From NCBI GenBank assembly GCA_012800435.1, contig JAAZJH010000023.1:4878-68877 (forward strand): a stretch of 64,000 nt of DNA, in the 5' to 3' direction. Positions 9,521 to 19,591 of this stretch are shown here, piece after piece; within the stretch, counting starts at the first letter, position 1; each line of letters begins with the position of its first letter. The notes beneath the pieces are model-generated. The model was not told the DNA's origin and made no database searches. It saw only the letters and a list, made by a program, of their open reading frames with translations. This DNA comes from Clostridiaceae bacterium (GTDB lineage Bacteria > Bacillota > Clostridia > Saccharofermentanales > DTU023). A program made the position numbers and the translations under genes.

Positions 9521-10138
9521 TCAAGGCTCTTCTTTCCAGATATCCTTGTTCTTGATGCCGTAATCAAGACCGGAAAGCACGGTAATGATCGCCGACACAG
9601 CAATCATGATATCGCCCGGCAAAGAATAAGGCGCCCCATACCCCAAGAACGGAAGCGAGGGATCGAGCCAATTAGCAACGATAGGCTCAAAAATGAGGAC
9701 AATGAGCGTCACTACCTGAATTACCGTTTTGATCTTGCCAAACCAACTTGCAGCGATAACCGTACCCCTAATAGCCGCGACTTGGCGGATACCCGTTACG
9801 ATCAATTCGCGCGCAATAATGATCGTCAAAATGTAAGTCGAAACACGACCGAGTTGCACAAAAGCGGTAAAGACACTGATCACCAGGATTTTGTCTGCGA
9901 TGGGATCGAGCAATTTCCCTAAATCAGAAACGATGCCCTGCTTTCGCGCAAGCAGACCGTCAAAAGCATCGGTCAGCGCGGCAAGAATGAACAAAACAAA
10001 AGCAATTGAACGTCCAGGCGATGACAGGACGAATCTGGAAAAAGCGGCATCCTCTGCCCACGGTAGAGGAAGCAAAAAGAATAGAATAAACGGAACCAAA
10101 AGAATCCGTGAGAGTGTTAATTTATTTGCCATATTCAT
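9521..10138 (-). CDS. pgsA: CDP-diacylglycerol--glycerol-3-phosphate 3-phosphatidyltransferase
   Basis: 205-aa membrane protein. CDP-alcohol phosphatidyltransferase motif DAFDGLLARKQGIVSDLGKLLDPIADK. Confidence 0.9.
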   Translation of the reverse strand: MNMANKLTLSRILLVPFILFFLLPLPWAEDAAFSRFVLSSPGRSIAFVLFILAALTDAFDGLLARKQGIVSDLGKLLDPIADKILVISVFTAFVQLGRVSTYILTIIIARELIVTGIRQVAAIRGTVIAASWFGKIKTVIQVVTLIVLIFEPIVANWLDPSLPFLGYGAPYSLPGDIMIAVSAIITVLSGLDYGIKNKDIWKEEP

Positions 10139-11504
10139 TGATCGTTACTCCCGTCATATCGTATGCTCCGGCATCCACGATGCGTACCAGCGGGCGGCTA
10201 CCTATCCCTACTTCGGGTGAAGTCGCGGCAACACGAATGATCGGATCAATATCCGGCGCCTCACCGAAACTTCTACCTTGAAAGAGTATACCATGAGGGT
10301 CAACTCCATCAAGCAAAACCGGCACAACGGTGCCAATGCGCGAGCGGTTTTTTTCTAATGAAAGATCATGCTGAAGCTCCATCACACGTGTATATCTGGA
10401 AAAGGCGACGTCGAACGGCACCTGATCAGGCATTGACGCGGCGCGCGTACCCTCTTCAGGGCAAAAGATGAAGCAGCCCAATCGGTCAAAGCGCATAGAA
10501 CGCATAAAATCTAAAAGCATCTGAACATCGTCTTCTGTCTCTCCCGGAAATCCTACCATGACCGTCGTTCGAAGGACGATATTAGGGACATTTTCCCGGA
10601 TCGCGGCAATTTTCGCCTCGATGACTGCTCTGGTCTCGTGACGCCGCATTCTCTTCAACACAGAATCCGACGCATGCTGTATGGGAATGTCCATGTAATG
10701 CGCGATTTTCGGATTGTCTGCGAATTCACGGATAAGCTCCCCAGTTAGTGCATCCGCATAAAAATAAAGGCAACGAATCAGTTCAATACTCTGTGTTTCT
10801 TTGGAAAGGCGGCGCAAAAGCATTGTCAGCGTATTTTGATCTTTGTCGGTTAAATCACGACCGTACCTCGTCGTATCCTGCGCTACGAGTATGATTTCGC
10901 GAATACCGATCGATTCAAGATGCTTTGCTTCCTCGATAATCTCGTCCATCGTACGTGAATGTTGCGGTCCGCGGATTGATGGGATTGCACAATAAGCACA
11001 AGCATTCGAACAACCCTCGGCGACTTTAAGGTACGCCCATCGAGCCTCTATCGATGCAGGTGTTCTGTAACAGCTGAGATGGTCGAGTTCACCCGGTCGA
11101 CCGGGTCGATGTTCGCGTAGTGAAAGGCCATCTCGAAGTCGGTTCACCGTCTCCGCGATAAGACCGTACTCACCCGTTCCAAGAATGGCATCTACTTCAG
11201 GAAATTCTGAGAAAAGCGCGCGACCTACACGCTGCGGCAAACATCCGGTGACCACTAGAAATTGCGCACGTCCTTCAGGGAATTTAAACTCTGCTAGATC
11301 GAGAATTGCGTCAATAGCTTCACGCACCGCGTCTTCAATAAATGCGCACGTATTGACGATGAGAACATCGGCTTTATAAGGATCTCGTGTAGGAATATAT
11401 CCTGCGCTGCAAAGTGCCGCGCTCATACACTCCGCGTCAACTTCATTTTTAGGACATCCGAGAGAGAGAAGATAAAAAGTATGAACCGAAATGATCGCGC
11501 TCAA
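10122..11504 (-). CDS. rimO: ribosomal protein S12 methylthiotransferase RimO (MiaB-family radical SAM)
   Basis: 460 aa. N-terminal UPF0004 domain (LGCPKN), radical-SAM CSNACAYC motif, C-terminal TRAM-like end. The rimO-pgsA adjacency is typical of Firmicutes. RimO versus another MiaB paralog cannot be fully resolved by eye. Confidence 0.8.
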   Translation of the reverse strand: MSAIISVHTFYLLSLGCPKNEVDAECMSAALCSAGYIPTRDPYKADVLIVNTCAFIEDAVREAIDAILDLAEFKFPEGRAQFLVVTGCLPQRVGRALFSEFPEVDAILGTGEYGLIAETVNRLRDGLSLREHRPGRPGELDHLSCYRTPASIEARWAYLKVAEGCSNACAYCAIPSIRGPQHSRTMDEIIEEAKHLESIGIREIILVAQDTTRYGRDLTDKDQNTLTMLLRRLSKETQSIELIRCLYFYADALTGELIREFADNPKIAHYMDIPIQHASDSVLKRMRRHETRAVIEAKIAAIRENVPNIVLRTTVMVGFPGETEDDVQMLLDFMRSMRFDRLGCFIFCPEEGTRAASMPDQVPFDVAFSRYTRVMELQHDLSLEKNRSRIGTVVPVLLDGVDPHGILFQGRSFGEAPDIDPIIRVAATSPEVGIGSRPLVRIVDAGAYDMTGVTINEYGK

Positions 11505-11516
11505 ATGTATGCTCCG

Positions 11517-11978
11517 TTAATCTATGAAAGAAGGATCGAAAAAAGCGGCGATCGCACGTCGAACCGTATTCTCGCCGTATCCGCGCCGATAAAGCAGTTT
11601 GCGCATGGCGTTAATTTCAGAAGCATCCGCCGTCGTTGAAAAAGACGCCGCGAGAAGTTCCAACGCCGTATCTTCATCTGCATCAAGCACGCTTGCAGCA
11701 CATTTGGCGACCTCATACTCAATACCGTTTCGGCAAAAAACATCGATCATCGCACGGCGAGAACGTTGCCTCTTTCCTTGATAACGAGACGCCACCCGTT
11801 TTGCTGCGCGACGATCATCGATGTAGTCAATCTCTTTGAGATACCGGATAACATCCTCTACCAAGGATTCCGGAGCGCCCTTCTTCAACAAATTGCGGCG
11901 AACCGAACCGGATGATTTATTAAAATCAATGCCGATATAAGCTACCGCCGCTTCTCTTATCGATTCAAAATCTGTCAC
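11517..11978 (-). CDS. recX: RecA regulator RecX
   Basis: 153-aa helical-repeat protein overlapping the recA stop by 4 nt. Size and position fit RecX; the sequence motifs are weak. Confidence 0.7.
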   Translation of the reverse strand: MTDFESIREAAVAYIGIDFNKSSGSVRRNLLKKGAPESLVEDVIRYLKEIDYIDDRRAAKRVASRYQGKRQRSRRAMIDVFCRNGIEYEVAKCAASVLDADEDTALELLAASFSTTADASEINAMRKLLYRRGYGENTVRRAIAAFFDPSFID

Positions 11979-13120
11979 AGATCAAGACCCAGCATCTCAT
12001 CAACATCGGCAACGTCATCGTCTACCCTATCAGACCTAACAGAAATTTTAGCGTTATCATTTTCCGGCGTTTCTTCATCGTCGTCCGACTTGAGATAATA
12101 ACGGCGAACTTCTTCAGCAATTTTGTCAAAAAGGGCTTCATTTTCCGGTTGTTCGAGTAGATCACGAACGTTATCACGCCCCTGTCCAAGTCGCTCGTCT
12201 CCGTAGGAATACCACGAGCCGCTCTTATTGATGATGCCCGCCTCTGCGCCCATATCCAAAATGCAGCCGGTCTGTGAAATACCGCGACCGAACAAAATAT
12301 CAAATTCAGCTTCGCGGAATGGAGGAGCAACCTTGTTCTTGACAATTTTGACACGCGTCCTGGAACCGATCTGTTTATCACCCTGCTCAATACGAGCGCC
12401 ACGGCGCACATCCAAGCGTACACTCGAATAAAACTTCAGCGCGCGGCCGCCCGTTGTTGTTTCCGGATTGCCGAACATGATCCCGATCTTCTCGCGTAAC
12501 TGGTTGATAAAGATAACAAGAGTCCTGCTCTTGTTGATGACGGCAGCCAACTTCCTCAGCGCCTGCGACATCAGTCGCGCCTGAAGACCGACTGAAGCAT
12601 CACCCATCTCCCCGTCAATTTCTGCGCGTGGCACAAGCGCGGCGACAGAGTCAATCACAATGACATCCACCGCACCTGAGCGTGCCAGTGCTTCCGTAAT
12701 CTCAAGGGCCTGCTCTCCGTAGTCCGGCTGTGAAACGATTAGGTTGTCGATATCGACACCAAGATTCTTTGCATAGACCGGATCCAATGAATGTTCCGCG
12801 TCGATAAATGCCGCAATACCGCCAAGCTTCTGAGCCTCCGCGATACTATGAAGCGCAACAGTGGTTTTCCCGGATGATTCAGGTCCGTAAATTTCAACCA
12901 CTCTGCCACGCGGCAATCCGCCGATGCCGAGCGCCACATCCAACGAAAGCGCTCCTGTCGGAATCGCGTCGACTTCAACCACATTGGCTTCATCAAGCGT
13001 CATCACTGCACCTTTACCAAAATCTTTCTCGATGCGGTCCATCGCGGCTTTAAGAGCCTTCTGGCGATTCTTATCGTCCATTGGTTTGACTTGTTGTTTA
13101 GATTTAGATCCTTTTGCCAT
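11975..13120 (-). CDS. recA: recombinase RecA
   Basis: 381 aa. Contains GPESSGKTT Walker A and the loop-region stretches [28 protein letters not shown]. Acidic C-terminal tail. Confidence 0.98.
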   Translation of the reverse strand: MAKGSKSKQQVKPMDDKNRQKALKAAMDRIEKDFGKGAVMTLDEANVVEVDAIPTGALSLDVALGIGGLPRGRVVEIYGPESSGKTTVALHSIAEAQKLGGIAAFIDAEHSLDPVYAKNLGVDIDNLIVSQPDYGEQALEITEALARSGAVDVIVIDSVAALVPRAEIDGEMGDASVGLQARLMSQALRKLAAVINKSRTLVIFINQLREKIGIMFGNPETTTGGRALKFYSSVRLDVRRGARIEQGDKQIGSRTRVKIVKNKVAPPFREAEFDILFGRGISQTGCILDMGAEAGIINKSGSWYSYGDERLGQGRDNVRDLLEQPENEALFDKIAEEVRRYYLKSDDDEETPENDNAKISVRSDRVDDDVADVDEMLGLDL

Positions 13121-13239
13121 CTGCTTTTCTCCCTATCCGGCTTTGAAAAATCAACATCGAATGTGCCGCCATTGAACCGTTTATTTTCGAAGGTACCCGC
13201 TTACGATCAAGACGGTTTAAATCTATCATTTGATCAACA

Positions 13240-13253
13240 AGAACTTTTGTTCT
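13240..13253. promoter_or_regulatory. LexA (Cheo/SOS) box AGAACTTTTGTTCT
   Basis: Perfect palindrome with the Gram-positive SOS-box core GAAC-N4-GTTC. It lies 14 nt downstream of the predicted recA -10 element. Confidence 0.75.
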
Positions 13254-13267
13254 CTTTGATCATTCTC

Positions 13268-13296
13268 ATATTATCGAAAGAGCTTTCACACGTCAA
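13268..13296 (-). promoter_or_regulatory. sigma-A-type promoter of recA (TTGACG-17 nt-TAATAT)
   Basis: The minus strand reads TTGACGtgtgaaagctctttcgaTAATAT. The spacer is 17 nt. The site is about 150 nt upstream of the recA ATG. Confidence 0.65.
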
Positions 13297-13435
13297 CGCG
13301 TTTTACTGTCGTCAACTGCCCTTAGCTCTTATTAGCTGTCAAAAAAAGTCAATCATATGAAAAAATAACGACGAATTATTATCGGAGCTGTTGACACTAA
13401 TAATCAATTCCATGTGCAAAAAGAAGTTTAACGCA

Positions 13436-15157
13436 TTATTTGCGCGGACGGCGCCCAAAAGCACGTCTACGCGTGCTATAAGACTGTTTTATAGGCTGTC
13501 CTTGTCTGGATAAACGTTGATTTTCGCCGCGAACAGGACCTAGTTTCAATCTCTCACGCCAAGCACTTTGAGTATCGAGCGCTTCACGGAATCGAAGTGC
13601 AAGTCCAATTACATAATAAGCGGATAGTGTCACAAGACACTTCAGAAGGTAAATAAGAATCTGCCAAGCTTTATGTTCACTCCAGATGGGCAGTGTGTTC
13701 AGCGCAATCAGAACGATACCGGCTACAAGAGCGGAAATAAAAAGACGAATGTAGAAAGGCAGCATCCTTCGAAGACGCGCTTCAGGCAGGTAAATTCTGT
13801 AAAGAATAGACATCAAGAGAACGAGCAGAAACAATGTCCCGGATGATGCGATCGGAATACCTTTGATGCCGAAATTCAAACGTTGAATGAATAGCTGAGA
13901 AAGCAATGGATGTGCCACTACCGATATCACGCCCGCAAGCAAAAGCATTCGCGTCATGCGGCGCGCAAAAAACGCAAGACAATAGACAATAAAAACCGTC
14001 GCTAATAGAAGCGGTAACGCGTATAAACGTATCAGAACTCCTTCTTCCGCCAGCGCGGCCTCAGGTAACGCGCGATGCCATTGGAAGAAAATAATCGCGG
14101 TATCTTCGGGCATCACAGCGAGAATAACGGAAAAAGGGGTCATAAGATATAGCGCTCGACGCATCGCACTCGTTAACAGTGTACGTACACGCGAGTATCG
14201 TTTCTCATCGAACAACTGTGTTAACACAGGCGTCATCACACCTGCGACAGGCAAAACGATTGCCGTCAACAGAAAACGCCCCAAAGCTTTAGCCTGATCG
14301 AGCACCGTTACTGCTCCGACGGCCTTACCGACGAATGTGACATCAAGCAGTGCGTTGAGTTGAAATAATGCGGCCGCAATCATCGCAGGAACAGCCAAAC
14401 GCATAAATTGTCGGTACATTGGGTCACGCGTATCGATTAATATACGCCAATGAAGAACACGTTTTGCCAGAAAAAGAAGGATCACTGCCAATAGTGCCGT
14501 ACAAGAAAGCATAACGAGCGATGCGCTTGTGAGATTCTCAGGCGTTTTTTTCACCATCACTACAAAGCAAATTTGTGCGATCACACAAGCTGAGGCAACA
14601 GGAACCACGGCACGGTGGTAAAGTCGCGTTCCCACAAGCAAACCTGCGGCGATCGCCGCCAAAAACAGAAATACCGTTTGCACAAGCAGGATGCGCGCTG
14701 AAGGTGCCGCCTGTTGAATTACTGCATCGTCCTTACCGGAATTGAAAAGGCGAAGCATTGGATTGCAGAGCGCTTCACCCAGAAGAACGGCGATGATAAC
14801 CGTGAGAAGAAGTAACGTCGCAACGGAAGAAAAGCTGCGCCAAAAACGGGCTAACTGTTTGCGGTCAATCGAAGTCTTAATACGCAGCGCAACCGATAGG
14901 ATAAGCGCGACCCCGGCAAGTGAACGGATTATAAGTCGCGGCCATTCGCGGGCAATGACCCATGCGTCCGAAAGAACACCAAACTCCAGCATGGGAACAT
15001 ATGAGATCGCGTGAGAAAACCACATCAACGCAATCACTACCATAGATCGAGAAAAGATACGCGCCGCTTTCGACGGCGTTAACGGACGAAGCCCGCCGCT
15101 TGCACGAAAATCCTCTAACAGAGATGACATATGATCCTGACGCTGTCCTCTTCTCAT
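13436..15157 (-). CDS. murJ: MurJ/MviN-family (MOP superfamily) lipid II flippase-like membrane protein
   Basis: 573 aa and multi-pass hydrophobic. The segment FMRLAVPAMIAAALFQLNALLDVTFVGKAVGAVTVLDQAKALGRFLLTAIVLPVAGVMTPVLTQLF resembles the conserved MurJ central motif (P...Q.N...D...AS....G....L.YA.RL...P.G). Arg-rich C-terminal tail. Confidence 0.6.
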   Translation of the reverse strand: MRRGQRQDHMSSLLEDFRASGGLRPLTPSKAARIFSRSMVVIALMWFSHAISYVPMLEFGVLSDAWVIAREWPRLIIRSLAGVALILSVALRIKTSIDRKQLARFWRSFSSVATLLLLTVIIAVLLGEALCNPMLRLFNSGKDDAVIQQAAPSARILLVQTVFLFLAAIAAGLLVGTRLYHRAVVPVASACVIAQICFVVMVKKTPENLTSASLVMLSCTALLAVILLFLAKRVLHWRILIDTRDPMYRQFMRLAVPAMIAAALFQLNALLDVTFVGKAVGAVTVLDQAKALGRFLLTAIVLPVAGVMTPVLTQLFDEKRYSRVRTLLTSAMRRALYLMTPFSVILAVMPEDTAIIFFQWHRALPEAALAEEGVLIRLYALPLLLATVFIVYCLAFFARRMTRMLLLAGVISVVAHPLLSQLFIQRLNFGIKGIPIASSGTLFLLVLLMSILYRIYLPEARLRRMLPFYIRLFISALVAGIVLIALNTLPIWSEHKAWQILIYLLKCLVTLSAYYVIGLALRFREALDTQSAWRERLKLGPVRGENQRLSRQGQPIKQSYSTRRRAFGRRPRK

Positions 15158-16506
15158 GAAAGCCCGATACTCCTGTTCAGCAGATCGATTGCCGCATATG
15201 CCGATCGATCCTGAATATTCGTGCGGCTGCCAATATAATGCCGTTCAATTACTCGTGTACCTCTATTGCTGCTGCAGGCGATAAACACCGTTCCGACAGG
15301 ATGAGTTTTCGTTCCACCTGCCGGCCCCGCATAACCGGTCACAGACACGGCATAATCGACGCCTGTAAGACGGTGCAACCCTTCCGCCATAGCGCGCGCG
15401 CACGCCGCGCTGACCGGACCTTCCGTACTGAGTAAGTGATCGGTCACACCGAGCAAATCGGTTTTCATCTCATTAGTGTATGTAACAACACCGCCTTTGA
15501 ACACGTCTGAAGCGCCGGGTACCCGTGCCATCAACGATGCCGTAAGACCGCCCGTACAAGACTCTGCAAATGCGCAAGTGGCGCCGATATTAAGAAGATT
15601 ATCGCGTACCACCTCGGGAAGACTGCGTGTTCCAATCTCATAAATATACGGACCGAGGCGCGCTTTGATTACGTCAATCAAAGATTCCGTACGATCCTCG
15701 TTATCCTCACCCTCCGCAAAACGTTGTGTGATCCTGAAGGACACATCACATTCATTCACATACACGGCGATCGTTGGATTCGTCTGCCGGTCTACGAGAT
15801 CACGAACCGCCGCTTCAGCGTCCGGTTCACCGATACCTGTCAAATGCACGTACCGGTGAATCAAACGCACAGGTGAAAGTTTTTCGAGCACCGGTCGAAC
15901 TTCATTAAGAAACATGGGCTCCATTTCACTAGGCGGACCCGGCAAGACGAGGATTGCCTTTTTCTTAGATTCACCTAAGGAGAGCTGTCGGTCAAACAAC
16001 ATCAAAGCACCCGGAGACGTGCCGTTCTCATTCAAAAACAACGTAGCTCCTTCAGGAACAAGCGGATATACAACATGACGTTTTGCTGACTTGGAAACTG
16101 ATATGCTTTGCTCGCCTTCCGGAATTTGCGAGCATACAACGAGGCGTGCCTGTTTTCGACGAGCAATTCGCTCGTCTATCTTCCGGTTAATCAAAGGATC
16201 CAAAACTAAACGATAACCGGCAATTCCGGCGGCTACAATGCCGGAAAGATCATCTGCTGTAGGCCCAAGACCGCCCGTTGCGATAACGAGATCATTACAC
16301 TCAAGTGCGTCGTTCATCGCCTTTTCGATCCGTTTAGCGTTGTCGCCGACAACAGTGTGACGATAGGTAGAGATCCCGAGTTCGGCTAACTGCCCGGCCA
16401 AAAAGCATGCATTGGTATCCAGCGTCTCACCCAGCAAAAGCTCGGTGCCCACCGACAAAATTTCGGCCGTATGAATCGTTATGACGTTTTGTTCAACGGC
16501 GCTCAT
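15154..16506 (-). CDS. cinA: competence/damage-inducible protein CinA (MoCF-like domain + PncC NMN amidohydrolase domain)
   Basis: 450 aa. N-terminal ILSVGTELLLGETLDTN...ATGGLGPTADD and C-terminal AESCTGGL...GGVVTYTNEMKTDLLGV. Confidence 0.9.
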   Translation of the reverse strand: MSAVEQNVITIHTAEILSVGTELLLGETLDTNACFLAGQLAELGISTYRHTVVGDNAKRIEKAMNDALECNDLVIATGGLGPTADDLSGIVAAGIAGYRLVLDPLINRKIDERIARRKQARLVVCSQIPEGEQSISVSKSAKRHVVYPLVPEGATLFLNENGTSPGALMLFDRQLSLGESKKKAILVLPGPPSEMEPMFLNEVRPVLEKLSPVRLIHRYVHLTGIGEPDAEAAVRDLVDRQTNPTIAVYVNECDVSFRITQRFAEGEDNEDRTESLIDVIKARLGPYIYEIGTRSLPEVVRDNLLNIGATCAFAESCTGGLTASLMARVPGASDVFKGGVVTYTNEMKTDLLGVTDHLLSTEGPVSAACARAMAEGLHRLTGVDYAVSVTGYAGPAGGTKTHPVGTVFIACSSNRGTRVIERHYIGSRTNIQDRSAYAAIDLLNRSIGLS

Positions 16507-16586
16507 TGCCTGCTTTTACCCTCATTCTCAAAAATCAAATAATCGAACCTTCATTTTCAGAAAAAATAGGATGCCACGCGCGCATT

Positions 16587-16701
16587 GTCAAGATCATGTA
16601 TCCGTTGCTCGCATGCTTCCAAAGCGATATCCTTCGCAAAACCTTACTTCGAGTCGTCAAGATCGCGCATCAGTTGCTCGTATGCTTCCGGGGTGATAAG
16701 C
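16587..16701 (-). repeat. degenerate direct duplication (period 69 nt) of the ftsK 3' end
   Basis: Copy A (16656-16701) encodes the FtsK C-terminus ..ITPEAYEQLMRDLDD. Copy B (16587-16632), just past the stop, would read ..IALEACEQRIHDLDN. Shared blocks are gtcaagatc, ttgctcg and atgcttcc. Confidence 0.7.
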
Positions 16702-19568
16702 ACCTCACGCGGTTTACTGCCCTCGAATGGACCGACATACCCCATTTCGCAAAGACGGTCTATTAAACGAGCCGCGCGCGGATAGCCGACTTGCAATCTG
16801 CGCTGGAGGAGCGACACTGAAGCGTATTCTGTTTCTACGACGACCCGGAGCGCGTCCGGAAGCAACTCATCCTCTCCCTCGCCGCCGAGTCCTTTGCCGT
16901 TCGTCGTTTTATCCGGGTTTTCAATTGCATCCGCGACCGACTCGTCATAATTTTCAGGATAATAGCTTTTGATAAACGACAGTACGCGTTCCACTTCGTT
17001 ATTAGTGACAAAAGAGCCCTGTCCGCGGATTGCCTTGAGTGAACCCAGCGGAAAATAGAGCATATCGCCCTTGCCTAGGAGTTTTTCTGCGCCACCCGAG
17101 TCAATGATAGTGCGCGAGTCAACTTGCGACGCAACGGCAAAAGCAATACGGGACGGAATATTTGCCTTAATCACCCCCGTGATGACATCGACCGATGGGC
17201 GCTGTGTCGCGATAATCACGTGGATACCGACGGCGCGTGCTTTGGCCATCAGGCGTGAAATAGCATCCTCCACTTGGTGTTGAGTTATCGCCATCAGATC
17301 GGCCAGCTCATCGATGACGATCAGGATGTACGGCAGGAGTCCGTCTGATGATTCCTCATCATCGTCACGATTTGACCCTGTCTCCAACGTTTTACGTTTT
17401 TGCTCATTGTAGGATGCTATATCACGAACGCGCGCCCCTGCAAAAAGTTTATAGCGGCGCTCCATTTCAGATACGGCATAATTGAGCACACCGTACGCTT
17501 TTTCCGGATTAGTAACAACGGGCTGCAACAGATGGGGAATGCTGTTATAAATAGAAAGCTCAACGATCTTCGGGTCAATCATCAGGAAACGCACATGTTC
17601 CGGCCCATAACGGTATAACAAACTGATCAAAATCGAATTGATGCATACCGATTTTCCGGAACCGGTCGCGCCCGCGATCAAAAGATGCGGCATGCGCGTC
17701 AGATCGCAAAGGATCGGTTCTCCGCCGACATCGCGACCCAGCGCCGTTACAAGACCGCCTTCCGCTTTAATAAATTCTTTCGACTGCAGAAGGCTTCTGA
17801 GAAGAACAGGATATGTGCGTTTGTTCGGAATCTCAATACCGATTGCAGATTTCCCCGGAATGGGAGCCTCAATGCGAACACCGTAGGCTGCCAATGAAAG
17901 TGCGATATCATCCGCAAGATTCACAATGCGGCTTACCTTAACTCCGGGACCGGGTGAGAGTTCAAACCGTGTGATCGTCGGGCCGGTCGTATAATGAACA
18001 ATACGTGCTTCAACACCGAAATCGGATAATGTGTTTTCTAATTTTCGTCCGAGTTCGCGTATTTCCTTGATCTCTTCCGGTGTTTTCTTCATACCGCGAT
18101 CTTCTTTTAAAAGACTTAACGGCGGCGTTTTGTACTCCGATAAAAGACTCATCTGTACGTGGCGAGGTTTCTTTTTAGTTGATGGTCTGACATTTTGTTT
18201 GCTTTTCACATTCCGATCTTCCCAACGCTCGCGCCCGTCAAACTGCTCGAATTGAACAGGAATCGGACTCCTGAATAACGCTCTCTTCGAATCATCACGA
18301 GTTTCGGTTGGCGCAATATGCCCCGTTGCCCTATCGCCTGAAGTTAAATGATCCGACCAAGTCGCATGTTTGCCTCCGGCAAGGCGCCCAGAAGAGACAT
18401 CGTCATTCCTCTGTGGCTCCGTATCAACTGAGTCAAAAAGATAAGGACGTCCACGACCTCCTACGGGGCGCAATCGTGTGGCTTCGTTGATACCATGATT
18501 CTGTGGAGGCAGCGGAAAGGCGGTATGAGCAACAACTTGCTCTGATTGGACATCCTGTGTCTTTAAAGAAGGATCATACTGAAGCGTCTCCCAGCCTTGC
18601 GGTCCTGAAACCGCACGTCCGTTAAAAGGTGTTCCTAAACCATTCCGACTTCCGCTACCTTGAGGGATGATCGGTTGATCCGGTGTATAAGTATAAAGAT
18701 GAGCCGATTCACAATCTTTATTCGACCTCTCCGCGTCGTCACCATGTATGAGCGTCGCCTCTTTTGCAATAGCTTCGGGATCATGTGGCGCTGCCGCGAC
18801 GTGGATATAGGTGTCCGATGATAGATCTCCTGTCGCGTCTTCCGTCTGTGCAGTGTGGTCTTTTTTCCTAAAAAGCGTTTTGAAAAAAGCGAGCACGCCC
18901 CTTCTTTGCTCGAGTTGACTCGAAGACGGTATGTCATCATATGATGCTTGATCGACACCAACCGGATCATCAAAAGAAATGTCTTTCCGACGTAACGAAA
19001 GACGCCTCAACGAGAAACCGAACGCGTATACGAGGACTGACAATATCAGCGCAGCAATTAAAATCGAAGCTCCCGTGACGCCGGCTACGCGCTCAAGACC
19101 GTTGGAAATCAGTCCGCCGAGCAAACCGCCGCTCCAAATATTGCCCGATCGAATTCTTTCAGGGAAACGTCCGTCAAGCCAAAGCATGCGAACGACTTGA
19201 AAACCGGCCAATCCCTCTCCTTGCGAAGACAGACGCTGAAGCAACGTCGTACACGACATTGACGCGATTGATATCACTGAGGAAAGCAACACAAAAAGAA
19301 GTGAAAGAGCACCCACACTTAATGATTTAATGTGTTGAACGCGCTCCATAAAATATAATAGAGAGAAAACTAGGAGAACTGGAGGGAGAAAATAAGCGAG
19401 CGTGCCGAAAAGTCCCATACTCACTGTCGAGAGCGTACGACCAAGCCAGCCTGTCCAAGATGCCGGCGCATAAAGCGCAAATGCGAAAAGCAAGCCGAAA
19501 GCTAGAAAAAATGTACCGAAAAGGTCACTCCATTGACGTTTAGACATAGATCCGCGTTGATCTGACAA
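16644..19568 (-). CDS. ftsK: DNA translocase FtsK/SpoIIIE
   Basis: N-terminal TM helices, a long low-complexity linker, a motor domain (GATGSGKSV Walker A, VIVIDELADLM Walker B) and a C-terminal gamma winged helix (VSLLQRRLQVGYPRAARLIDRL). The track ORF starts at 19652, inside the Nudix gene. I prefer TTG 19568, 8 nt after an AGAGGGAGGG RBS that follows the Nudix stop. ATG 19547 is also possible. Confidence 0.93.
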   Translation of the reverse strand: MSDQRGSMSKRQWSDLFGTFFLAFGLLFAFALYAPASWTGWLGRTLSTVSMGLFGTLAYFLPPVLLVFSLLYFMERVQHIKSLSVGALSLLFVLLSSVISIASMSCTTLLQRLSSQGEGLAGFQVVRMLWLDGRFPERIRSGNIWSGGLLGGLISNGLERVAGVTGASILIAALILSVLVYAFGFSLRRLSLRRKDISFDDPVGVDQASYDDIPSSSQLEQRRGVLAFFKTLFRKKDHTAQTEDATGDLSSDTYIHVAAAPHDPEAIAKEATLIHGDDAERSNKDCESAHLYTYTPDQPIIPQGSGSRNGLGTPFNGRAVSGPQGWETLQYDPSLKTQDVQSEQVVAHTAFPLPPQNHGINEATRLRPVGGRGRPYLFDSVDTEPQRNDDVSSGRLAGGKHATWSDHLTSGDRATGHIAPTETRDDSKRALFRSPIPVQFEQFDGRERWEDRNVKSKQNVRPSTKKKPRHVQMSLLSEYKTPPLSLLKEDRGMKKTPEEIKEIRELGRKLENTLSDFGVEARIVHYTTGPTITRFELSPGPGVKVSRIVNLADDIALSLAAYGVRIEAPIPGKSAIGIEIPNKRTYPVLLRSLLQSKEFIKAEGGLVTALGRDVGGEPILCDLTRMPHLLIAGATGSGKSVCINSILISLLYRYGPEHVRFLMIDPKIVELSIYNSIPHLLQPVVTNPEKAYGVLNYAVSEMERRYKLFAGARVRDIASYNEQKRKTLETGSNRDDDEESSDGLLPYILIVIDELADLMAITQHQVEDAISRLMAKARAVGIHVIIATQRPSVDVITGVIKANIPSRIAFAVASQVDSRTIIDSGGAEKLLGKGDMLYFPLGSLKAIRGQGSFVTNNEVERVLSFIKSYYPENYDESVADAIENPDKTTNGKGLGGEGEDELLPDALRVVVETEYASVSLLQRRLQVGYPRAARLIDRLCEMGYVGPFEGSKPREVLITPEAYEQLMRDLDDSK

Positions 19569-19591
19569 TACTTCTACCCTCCCTCTACTTC

